Below are positions 24,471 to 35,785 of a DNA stretch of 64,000 nucleotides, piece by piece. Made by a program: the position numbers and the translations under genes. The notes beneath the pieces are model-generated. The model was given only the letters and a program-made list of their open reading frames with translations, did not search any database and was not told where the DNA came from. Position 1 is the first letter of the stretch. Every line of letters starts with the position of its first letter. The stretch lies in the NCBI RefSeq assembly GCF_009834535.1, contig NC_045696.1, positions 46,936,001-47,000,000 of the forward strand, written 5' to 3'. Source of the DNA: Camelus ferus (taxonomy: Eukaryota).

Positions 24471-27400
24471 AAGACTATAAAAACAACCTCAGGGGAAATT
24501 AGATTCTCAATGTGAATTTATGTCACTAAAAGACATTTCTTATCCAGTATAATACTAAATACAAGAATAACCTTATACTGGATTTTATTTTGTGGAGAAC
24601 TGTAAGTCCTTCGGGGCTTTGAAGTCACTCCCAACTGAGTCTCCAGGGCAGTGCTGACATGAGAAAGCCCCTCTCTCCCACCGTGTATCAGCAAGTCCTG
24701 CACGGACTCAGAGCCTTAAAAGGAGCATGCATTGTTTTCTGTTCAGAAATTCAGGAGGCTGTATAGCTCTAACCACACAATTAGAGGGTGGATAACTAAA
24801 ACATGCTTTTATATTTCACAGCCTGTGGCTTGAATGGACTCAGTTATGTTCTATTTTAAAAAAAAAACCAGAAGTATAAAAAAATAAGCATTAATTTAAG
24901 TAAAATGTGGAAACCCTAAGTGAAAATGTTTGATTCTACTTTAAACATTAAAGTGCTCATTTAAATATAGAAATGCTGTATTATTTTGAGTACCTAATAT
25001 AATGCTATATATCTATATAAATGGAATCCAAGGTAGTATAATAGCACCATAGCTGGGGAGGGCCAGCAGTATTCTCAAAGTAGCGTGATGTTATATAACA
25101 AAATATCATGGCACGAGAAGAGATGCTCTCCCAGTTGAAAGGTATGGGGAAAGCCATGCGGAAAGTTCTCTGTCACGGAACTCCACGTTGACATTCATCA
25201 ACATTCACATACTTGCACACTCTGCCACATTCCAGTGCCCATCCTCGGCTCATCTTCGGTACCAAACAGGGTAGACTTATGGGGAGGAGTTGGGTGGGAG
25301 GATGTATGCACTGCCAGTGGGATGTGAGCCCTAACATTCGGGGTGTGTGTATGGCATATTCACAGACTTTCTCGTGCTGAGGTTATGAGCCCCCACATCC
25401 CAATCCTGCAGAGCTGGGCTGAGCCAAAAAGGGGCATGTCCTTTTAAGCAGCAGTTCTCTATGATTCTTAATAAAACACAGATGTTCTGGTCACTTATTT
25501 AAAAATAAGTTTGACTTAGGGAACCACCATTTGGGTGAACTGAAAATGGTGTTACTAATGAAATCCCCACACTACTGTTCCCCAACTCCATCCCCTCATT
25601 CTCCTCCCTCCTTCTTTCCTTCCTTACAGGAGGGTGGAGTCCAGAATCACCAGATAAAGCCAGAGAGGGTACCATCCACATTCCCACTTTCTTCACAACT
25701 GAACATAGGATTGTTCAAGTTGTGCATAACATACTTAAAAATTTTACTCGAGGAAGGGCACATTTTTCTAATTTTCACAAAGGCAAATGTGTTAGCAGTG
25801 GCCCTGTTTGAATTAGGCTCAGAATCTAAGAGTCAGTAGAGTACTCAGGGATCAAACACTGCATTGAGATATCCCAGTGCATAAGCTACCATTTATTTTT
25901 AAACTGGGCCCTTTAGCAAGTTGCATTTACCCTTTTTAGCTTATTATTTGGTTCCGTTAAGCGATAATTTGCTGACTCCTATTCCCAATGTCCTGAAATG
26001 ATTTAGTGTAGCAGCTCAAAAGTTCTCACTCATTCCTAGGCCGTAGTTAATATACTGGGGAAAATGGCCTAGTTACTAAAGAAAGGGCAAAAAAGAGAAC
26101 ATTAGGCTTGGCAGAGCAGTATTAACTTATTCAAACCATACAGCCTCTTTCTACTTCCATTCTTGCACATCTATTTCATAACCTTGTTCCTCACTCAAAA
26201 TTTCCTAATGCCTGATAAGTGGATACATTAACTGAGCAAGCCCTGAATATGAAGTATAAATCATCTTAACCGTGCCTTGGTTATAATACTTTGAGAATAT
26301 CTTTCCTTTCCAATTGTTTCTCTAATAACAAATGGTATTTTATGTGGAACTGTTAGTAAAAGAGAAATAAACTGCTGTTTCCATTTAATCAAAACTTTAT
26401 ATCATCATGACAAAGTCCCTCTCCAAAGCATTAACTAAGGTAAAGCATAGCTCTTGGGAAATTGCGTCTTCTAGTTAATGCTGCCAAAGAAACAATTAGA
26501 AGCTCAGTAAGACGCGGGCTATCCCGAACTCTCATTTATAATTAATTAATTTACCAATAAGCCAGTTGTTAAGCTCCTACAACATGCAAGGTAAGAATCC
26601 AGGCACTGTGCTTGGTGTGGAAAGACAAAAGGGTTTAATCCCTGCCTCTAAAGAGTTTACAGCCTATCAGGAAGAGTCTGAGGCTAGTTAAGGGGGGTAA
26701 TAATTGGTCCTAAAAAAAAGAAACTTATGAGAACTGACTCTAAGCCTGCCAAAGGAAGAACTCAAGATAAATCTAAGTCATCCCCTAATGTAACCTAGGG
26801 GCATATCACCCAAGGTGAGTTCAAGGATCAAACATGCAATGTTACTAGCCTGCTCAGAATTCTGTTCCAGTGATACCCCCTTTTCCCCAGATAGTATTAA
26901 TGGGGATGGTTAAGCATCTGAAGAAACACTATGTTCTCTGTGTGTCTATGTATTTATATACACACTATACACACACACACATAGATATAGATAATTGGAT
27001 GTGGTTGGTTTTATGGTCACAGGGGTGTAATAAGGGAAAGCCCTACATATAAGCACACATGAGGACAAGCGAGCCCTTTGCAACCTCTGGCCTGCTGGAT
27101 AGGGTATGTAGTGCTGCAAAGCTGTTCTGGTCAATTAGGTTAAATGTGAATACAAAACCTGATACATACGTCTTCAAAATATCTTCACCTCTTAACTCTG
27201 GGGACTCTAGGTAGGCCATGGCTACCAGCAGGGGGAGTAATGTACTAACAGAGAGAGAAAGACATATTAATAAATATTAATATAGAAAGCTGTTACAGGT
27301 GATATACAGTGGAAGCACTGGTCATATTTTTTATATACTTTGGTTGCCATCTTAAGCAAAGAACTTAAAACAATCTCTTTGGGGTGAAACTATTCCCAGT

Positions 27401-27828
27401 ATGTACTGCACACTCATTATTGGAAAACCTCATAAGAGAAAGGAGACTAAACAGGAGACTAAACACTGTCGGAGCAATGCTGACTATGAATTACTGATAT
27501 CAGCGAGAGTTAACTCCACTCATTTCAACTCTGCTATGTCCATGACAACAAAAGCCTGGTACTATAGGATCTTTTAGATCCCAAGGGTCCAAGCCAGGCT
27601 GGGCAGTTGGCTCTGGTTAACACATTTCCCCACTGGGAATAAAGAAGAAGAAAGCTGGGAGTCAAGTAAGCCAGTGTTTCTATGACTTGACTACTTACGA
27701 ATACCCTACAAAATGCCCTTTGATCACTGATTGAGAACTTGTCTGGTAAAGGGAACATACATGGCTGCATGGACAGACCCAAGAATGAAGCTCAAGGCTC
27801 AGGCATCCATGAGAAGACGTTTCCTTGG

Positions 27829-28250
27829 GATTAAATTATGGCCAGTAAATGTCAGCATTTACCAGTATCCAGTATTCAGTCCAACGGTGGTATCTGATGC
27901 TTCTAAGAGGTAGAGATTTTGGCTTGGTAATTGTAGACTTAAACACCTCCACTTGCTCTCTCTAATATTACTAGTTCAGTGTTGGGATCTTTTGACTCTC
28001 CCTTCATCTCCCATTTTCACCTGAAAGTCTGTGAATCCAATTTCTGCCCAGGTTCTCATGATCTAGGTTCTCCTGGTCAAACTCTCATCTGAACTTGTGA
28101 TCTCCCTGTAACTTTTGTAAGAGCAAGTGGAGGTGTTTAAGTCTACAATTACCAAGCCGAAATCTCTACCTCTTAGAAGCATCAGATACCACCGTTGGAC
28201 TGAGTACTGGATACTGGTAAATGCTGACATTTACTGGCCATAATTTAATC
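27829..28250. repeat. Long inverted repeat: 131-bp arms (27829-27959, 28120-28250) with a 160-bp spacer
   Basis: Arms compared base by base; they are reverse-complementary except at 27875/28204 and 27920/28159. Confidence 0.97.
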
Positions 28251-31200
28251 TTTTTTGATGTCTTTCATTGTAAGATTCTGTAATACAATGTTGCACTCAG
28301 GCTGAGAAATCTAGATATTACTGAGCCCACACTAAATGATCCCAAATAACTATAATGTTTTGCACTCTTAGGTCTGCCGTTAAACTGTTCCTGTAGCTTC
28401 TCTTGCTATCAAGATGCCAGTGATCAGCAGTGGCTGTCTCTCTGATTGCCTGTAGCAGTGCTTCCTTCTTCTAGGTTGCTATGAGTTCAGAAACCTAACA
28501 GCTGAGCTTGTCAGAATTCAGACAAAGTAAGAATAAGGGGGGAAAAAGTGAGTGCTCAGCTCAAAAAGGGGTGGTGGTAAGGTTAGAACCCTATAGAAAT
28601 TTTTAAAAATGGAAGTGTTTATACTTATTTTGGTTGCAGAGTCCTGTTTTGCATTCTTCCTCATTTGCTGTTTTGTTCAAGATAGGATAGGTGGACAAGA
28701 GGCTAATATAATATATATGGTATTACTATGAATTAAAAAGGGTTTCTCCTAAGGGTATCTGGTGTCCTTTCTTTACCATCTATTAGTGAAGCAAGAGAGG
28801 GACAAATAATGTTATTTCAATCAAGAAGAATGTTTCCTTGAAATCCCATGATTTTAACAAATTATATCTAAGGCAAAGTTAAAAATCTTTCATGTCCCTA
28901 CAAGTCAATTCTGCATGATTAAAGAAGCACAAATTGTGAGTTTGATTCATTATTTTCTCCTCAAATTAGGTTTTACATGATTTAACACTATATTACTATG
29001 AAGAAAAATGTTTAATACCATATAAAAATTATTTTTAGATTTGTTCTGAATAACCAAATTAAACCTTGGCTAATCTATCAAAAGAAATAGATAGATGGTA
29101 GCTTCTGTCTTTAAATATATCAAGTTTGTAGAAGTTTTTTTTTTTTTTAAGTTCAATTTTAAGACTATCAAGAGAAATTTTATTCTGAGTTACAATGTGA
29201 ACCAAGATTTGAATAAATTATGCTCCCACAAATCAAAAATGAAAAAACAAAGCTTGCCAAATTAACACAAAATAAATGTAATTTTCCAATAAGAAATCTG
29301 AAATTATTTTTGAATGAGAATTCAACTTCCAATATTATTTCTATTTAATACATCAAATATCTACCTTTACTATTTTAGCTACTTCAGTGTACACTAAATG
29401 CTAAGATAAAATCATTTCCGATTTTTAATTTTCTCAAAATAAAGCCAAAAGAAAGTGCCCAGGAAGTAAACTTTCTTCCATATGAAGAAAACTACAATAG
29501 ACATTATACTTGGTGTTGTAGAGTATGAAAAATAAGTTTAATTCTTTATGGCATGAAATTCTATGAGGTTTTTCTTTGAGACGGTAACCACACAGATATA
29601 CCAGTGCTCAAATACATCTGAAGAGCTCAATTCATATACCTACTGAGAAGAACATGAAAATCCAATTAACTGTTGAGATTGAACAGTCCCAGAACTAAGT
29701 TGCCTTGAACAGTATGGTGTAAATGTTAAGAGGATGGGTCAGGAATCCCATCCCTGGTCAAATCCCACCTCCATCATTTTTTACTAGTTGCAGGTCTCTA
29801 AATCTCAGGCTTCCCCCATCTGTAAAAGGGGAATAATAATAGCACTCCCCTCATTGGAAGGGTTGCTATGAAGATTAAATTAAATGATGTATTTAAAAGG
29901 CTTTTACAATGCCTGGTACATAGCAAGCCCCCAATTTATTTTAGCAGTTATAATTATCATTATTATATGCCAAGCATGGTACTAGATGCTTTTACATATG
30001 GGTGAAGTGCCCAGTAATAACACCATGAATCAAATGAGTCTTATTTCCATTTTTTCAAATGAGAAAAATGAGGTACAGAGCACTTAGGTAATTTTCCCAA
30101 TGTCACACCATTAGCTACGTGGCAGAGTCCAGGCAATGAATGCTACCCTAGAACACAAGCTCTGAAACACCCCTTACTGAATGCCTATCAATCCTTTGTC
30201 ATACAGGCTACAATAATATCCACTCAGTTCATCACTTGTCTTTTAACTCTGTGGTGTTCCCCACCCCTCTATATAAAAGGTTTTAATTTTACACATTTAG
30301 ATTTATCAGTATTTTTCTTTTATGGTTTTTAGTTTTCTTGCCATGTTTATCATGCCCATTTCAACCCATGAGTATAATACCTGCCACTCATGTTTTTGTT
30401 TGTGCCTTAACATTTTTTAATTTGTTGAATCATGTGAGGTTTATTAAAAAAGATGGGAGGAGTCCATCTTTTTTCTCCAAATGGACACCCTGTTATCCTA
30501 TCACTACTTAATTGAATAGTACAGACTTCATTGCTTTGTATACTAATATAAATATATATTTGGATTATTTTATGAACTCTGTACTACTTCATTAATCTGT
30601 GTCAGTATAATCTTTTTACAGACTTACAAAAAACTACACAAATAGCACAGAGAATTCCCATATACCCTTAATCCAGATTTACCAAATGTTAGCATCCTAC
30701 ATGACCTCAGGGCAGTTATTCAGAAAGGGATATAATATTTATACCTGGGTGCTGAGATTTTCAAGTTTTTCTTTGTACTTTTTGTGCTTTCATTTTTAAA
30801 AAAAAACAAGGAATATATTTCATTTTTAAAAAGAATAAAGTTTTTTCAATAAAAGCAAGTAAATATATAAATTGATTAACTTCTAAATATTAGCTGTTAC
30901 AGGTGGTAAATGCTTTAGAAGTTTGAATAAGAGAGAGAAGTGTGTTTTAATGGCAATGGTGAGATTTAAGTTTAACTTTACATGGATGTTTAGGATATAA
31001 ACAGGCAGAAGAGGCAAGCCAAGTGTTTTTATAGGCAGGAAGGCATCATAAGCCAAAATACTGAAATAGGAATGAACATGGCTTATGAAGATCACATGAG
31101 AAGAGAGACGAGGGGCTTAAAAGGGTGAATATTGGGGAGCAAAACCAATTGAATATATTGTGAAAGACCTTACAAGCTAGGCTGAGGAATGTGAATTTTG

Positions 31201-34200
31201 TCCTCTAAGCCAAAGGGGAGGCCAAGAAAAGTTACAAACAAGGTAAAATGACTTTACCCAACAAATCTTTATTTAGTGCCTACTATATATATATCAGGTA
31301 CTGTTCTACCCTAGGAACAGTGAATAAAATAAAAATCCTCACAAAGGAATATTCTAGTTATGTTTTATGAAAATCGATGGGTTGTAGATTGGTGGGTCAC
31401 AGGATTAAACGGGGCTGGGATGATAAAGGAAGGTCTCTGTAAGGAGGCAAAATCTGAGCTGAACCTTGGACATTTAAGAGTCAGGTAGAGAGATCATGGG
31501 AAGGCATTTTAGATAAGAGACAAAAGAAATGAGGATGGGATGGGGTGAGCGCAGATATATTCAGGAGGTGTCTGAAAACCTATGAGGGGACTTATTTACC
31601 TGGAGAATAGTTACTCTGCAGAAGAAAATAAAGTTGGCTATGTGGACAGCAGTCAAATTGCTAAGGGTTCTGAAAGCCAAATCCAAAATTTATTGCTTTA
31701 AAATCTGTATAAACTGACCTGTAGGTAGTGAAAAGCCACCAAAAGTTATTTAACTCACAATGAGCTAACAAAAGTCATGTTTTGGTAAGTAAGATCAAGG
31801 GGTAAGATAAAAAATATTCTGGAAAAGGGTAGGGGTGGTGGAGATGGATATGGATAAGGGAGAGATTTCAAAGGCAGCATCCACAGGTCCTGGGGACTAA
31901 CAAGATGTCCTGGATGAAAATGAATCATTAGTCAGATATTCAAAGCACTAACACTGCTTGGGGTTGATGGGTAGGGGTGGGCATATTTAAAGAACATAGG
32001 TTCAGAAAGTACTGAAAAAAGCCCACATTCTAGGTACCCATCTCATATACTGAATTACATAGTAAATATCTGCTATTAGTATTGGTATGGGAAATATAAC
32101 TTATCCATTTATACAATGAGAGCTCTCAAATGATTCCTGGAAAAAAATCATATTATTTTTCATTAAATTCCCCTATATCATTTCTGTAGGGGAGACCTTA
32201 CGTGACAGCAAACAGAGTCCAGTGGGCCTTCAATAACAATCCAAGTGACAGATTATGAAATAAAGCCATTCTATGACCAAGGCTTCCTAATTTACATTGA
32301 AACACAAGCTTCTTGATAACAGATTCTATGTATAAAAAATACTCATGGCAATCTAGAAATCTATTTAAATTGAGAGATTAGGGCTTCTATTCTCCTATAG
32401 CACATAAGAATGTTTGTAACTAATTCCAGTTTCTAGGAAAGGCGAAAAATTATACAAAATAAGAAATGCATCAAATGTGCACTCTGCCAGCACCACGCTG
32501 GGTGTGGGCCACAAGTTATATTAGTCTCAAAACAATGCTGGGTTGAACTGTCTCTCCATTTTACAAATAAGAAAGCAGTCACAGAAGGGATAAATGGCTA
32601 TGGCCATGTGGCTAGTGACGCATGGCCAGGATTTTACCTAAGGCTGCTTTTCCATCGTAGCATCGATCTTGAAGGTATGAACTCAGATCTGGAAGGGACC
32701 TTGAGAAGTCCTTGCTTCCTAATTCTTGCTAGGCTTACAATAAAACCAGGATGGAAATAAGGACTTTCCCTATTTCAAGTGTGGATTCAAAAGCTACGCT
32801 AAAGATCAAGCAAAACTCTTTTACGCCCAGCAAGAACTGCCGTTTGAGCCTCCTCTGAGCAGGGAGGAGGACAGCTTTTTTCTCTAACCTACATTTCCTA
32901 TTCACCTCCAGATGTAAAACTGATGGGGTGGTACGGGTTAGTTAACAGAGAAATAAAAGATTTACTCAGCCATAATGTGTTCCATCACACTCAAACATGT
33001 GGCGTTTTAATTGTTTCTTCTGTGAAATACCAACCACAGACTTCTCAGTCACAACACAGATAGGAGGACTAACACCCAAATGTTTTAGGAAAGGAGAAGA
33101 AAAGACATTCTCCTCAAGCAGGAATCGGAACCAGTGGTAACCTTTGGGACAAGATATGATTTGCTGTAGAATGGTATTTTTCCTGTGTTACTCAGAAAGG
33201 ACATTTTGTGGAAAAGTGAAGTGTAAATCATTTGTAAAATGAAAATTTAAAGTGTTTAAGATAATAACTGAAGTAGATCCATCTTGTTCCTATTTTTTAT
33301 TACAATATTGCAGACTTGCCATGATGGCACCCTAAGCTGAAACTGAAATGACAATTTTTATTCTAAGCCCAGATTTTTCCTCCCTTACAGCTTTTGCTTT
33401 TTAAGCTAAAAATTCTCTCATTCTTAGTAGAATGAATTTTTTGCTAAGTAATTAAAAACCAATTGTGTTTAAACCTTTTGAGATAGTTGGTTTTATGCTG
33501 TATAACTCAGAATTTGGTTTCTAAAACCTCAAATTTAGCATCTCAAGGAAGAATGGTATCTATGGCATGTTTGAAAAAAATGTTTTGAAACGAAATGACG
33601 GGCTTTTAAAAATAGAATTCAGAGAGCACATAGCTTCCCTCCCATCTTTTTTTCACTGGGGGAGAAGAATGACACATCTGCATTATGCTGCCAGAACACT
33701 ACTGCTGTGATTCTACTGAGCTTCAGAACGGAGGGGCGCGACAAAGACCACTCACGATTGTGGTGCAGTTACCAGGAAAACACAGGCAGTTTTCCACTGA
33801 CATACTCAAGTTTGAAACAGAAATGACCAGAACACCTGCCTAACACCTCACCACCAGATCCTTCCTTCCCTGCTCCCACCTCTCACATCTCTGAATATTC
33901 TCCTGGGCCTGTAACTATCGTGGGCTCTGCCCAACTGTCAGAGCTTTAATACCGCACCAGTGTCCCCCCCTCATGACCACGCCGAGGGAAGCATTGGCTC
34001 CATTTCAGATTTCAGATTTCAAGAACATTCAGAAATCAGAGGGACAGAGAGAATGTAGAACTTTGTGGGCCAGCCTTGAAGATTAATATCCATTTGTAAT
34101 GTTTTTATTTCCAAGAAAAGCTGTATCAAAATTCAAATAACTAACCTGCAAATCAAACTTTGGAAACTAAAGCTATCACTCACTAACTGCAGGAGCTATT

Positions 34201-34213
34201 TTCTTGCAAAGTA

Positions 34214-34684
34214 CAGGCATCCCTCAGAGATATTGCGGGTCTGGTGCCAGACCACTGCAATAAAATGAATACCACAATAAAGCGAGTTACACACATTTTT
34301 TTAGTTTCCCAGTGCATATAAAAGTTGTATTCAAACCATACTGTAGTCTATTAGGTGTGCAACAGCATTACGTCTTAAAAAACAATGTACATACTTTAAA
34401 AAATATTTTATTGTGAAAACATGCTTACTATCATCTGAGCCTTCAGCAACATCAAAGATCACTGATCACAAATTGCCATAACAAATACAATAATAATGAA
34501 AAAGTGTGAAGCATTTCGAGAATTACCAAAATGTGATGCAGAGACATGAGCTGTACAAATACTATTGGAAAACTGGCACAAGTGGGCTTACTTGATGTAA
34601 GGTTGCCACAAACTTTCAATTTGTAAAAAACACAGTATCTGCAAAGTACAATAAAGCAAAATGCAACAAAATGAGGTATGCCAG
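34214..34684 (-). mobile_element. Tigger1 internal-deletion derivative (TcMar DNA transposon)
   Basis: Both Tigger1 ends present (CAGGCATCCCTCAGAGATATTGCGGG and GCAACAAAATGAGGTATGCC), with TA at 34212-34213. Confidence 0.88.
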
Positions 34685-34829
34685 ATAAAACCATAATGGT
34701 GCAAGAGAATTAGAGGAGGAAACCACAGTAAAAATGGCATTAAAAATATGTTTTAAACCTCAAAGTAAATAAATATATATTCTGAAAAACACTGCTTCCA
34801 AACAAACCAATTTCATCATTGTAAGCATC

Positions 34830-35280
34830 TGTTGACTGAAAAAAACACACAACCTAAAAGTTGAGAATTAGGTTTTACTCAATTTGGCAGACTTTCTGAG
34901 GACCCAATCCTGGGAGAGAGCCTCTCAGATAGCTCTGAGGGACTGCTCTGAAGAGGTAAGGTAAGGGCCAGGATATTTAGCAATTTTTGCAACAAAACCC
35001 AAGCAGCTGGAACATCAAAAGATTACTGTTAATTAAGAAACCCAGACATCTCAAGTTAATGAATTTTAGTGCTTTTCTGTGTATGGGAAGATGCAAGAGT
35101 CTGAGCTCACTGAAACCATTCCTTTGATGTACACTTTAACCATCTAGGGCCAGTATCCTAGTTTTTCTCCATCTGAATCCCCTCAGCATGCACTGTTGGG
35201 GGTGGCTGCGGTAGCTGATGGCGTGAGGGCCACAACATCCTTCGTTTACTTATATGGCAGACAATAGTCCTCACCCACCC
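34830..35280 (-). mobile_element. ERV1-class LTR (MER41-like, artiodactyl)
   Basis: Starts TGTTGACTGAAAAAAA..CCTAAAAGTTGAGAATTAGGTTTTA and contains GCCTCTCAGATAGCTCTGAGGGACTGCTC. Family assignment recalled, not searched. Confidence 0.7.
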
Positions 35281-35439
35281 GTTCGTCATTGAAAGGAGGC
35301 ACCATTTTCTTAGAACACCGTTTTCAGGGTTCATGAAATACTGCTTCTGGGTTATGATCTGATTAGGCAGACATTTCAAAGTTTAGTCAATCTCCTTACA
35401 AATTCTTCAAATTAGCAGTTACAGGCTTCAAATATGCTA

Positions 35440-35785
35440 TGGTAGTCAGGAAGCTGGACCACTAGGTCTCCTTTCAAGGAAGGACTTCCTGCTCAGCTGC
35501 AGGGAAGGTGGCCAGCAGACAGCTCCTTCGGGCTCTGTCTCACCTGCAGAAAGCCACCTCACCTGGAGGTACATCTTTCCCAGGGCAGCCCGCCTCCAGC
35601 GACTGAGCCAAGCAGGCAACACAGCTCCTCACCAGGTTGGCTGAAGCCAAGACCCAGGCCTGAATCGCAGCTAGATCCTTCCCTCAGTGCAATCCTGCTT
35701 TCTTCCCCCGTCCTTTCACCATAAATATCTTGCACCCCAAACTCTGTCTCGGCGTCCACTTCCGGAGAACACAATCTGCAACACA
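35440..35785 (+). mobile_element. ERVL LTR16-like LTR
   Basis: 3' end ATAAATATCTTGCACCCCAAACTCTGTCTCGGCGTCCACTTCCGGAGAACACAATCTGCAACA is characteristic of the LTR16 group. Confidence 0.75.

Noticed and set aside
27441..27464. 12-bp tandem AGGAGACTAAAC x2 (similar short tandems near 51978 and 53119)
   Set aside because: Ordinary slippage duplications with no spacer structure; not CRISPR-like.
27690..27860. Plus-strand RT-like scraps (YEY..KMPF, GIKLWP.KC)
   Set aside because: They need several frameshifts, have no YxDD motif and conflict with the opposite-strand integrase-like reading; treated as likely chance matches.
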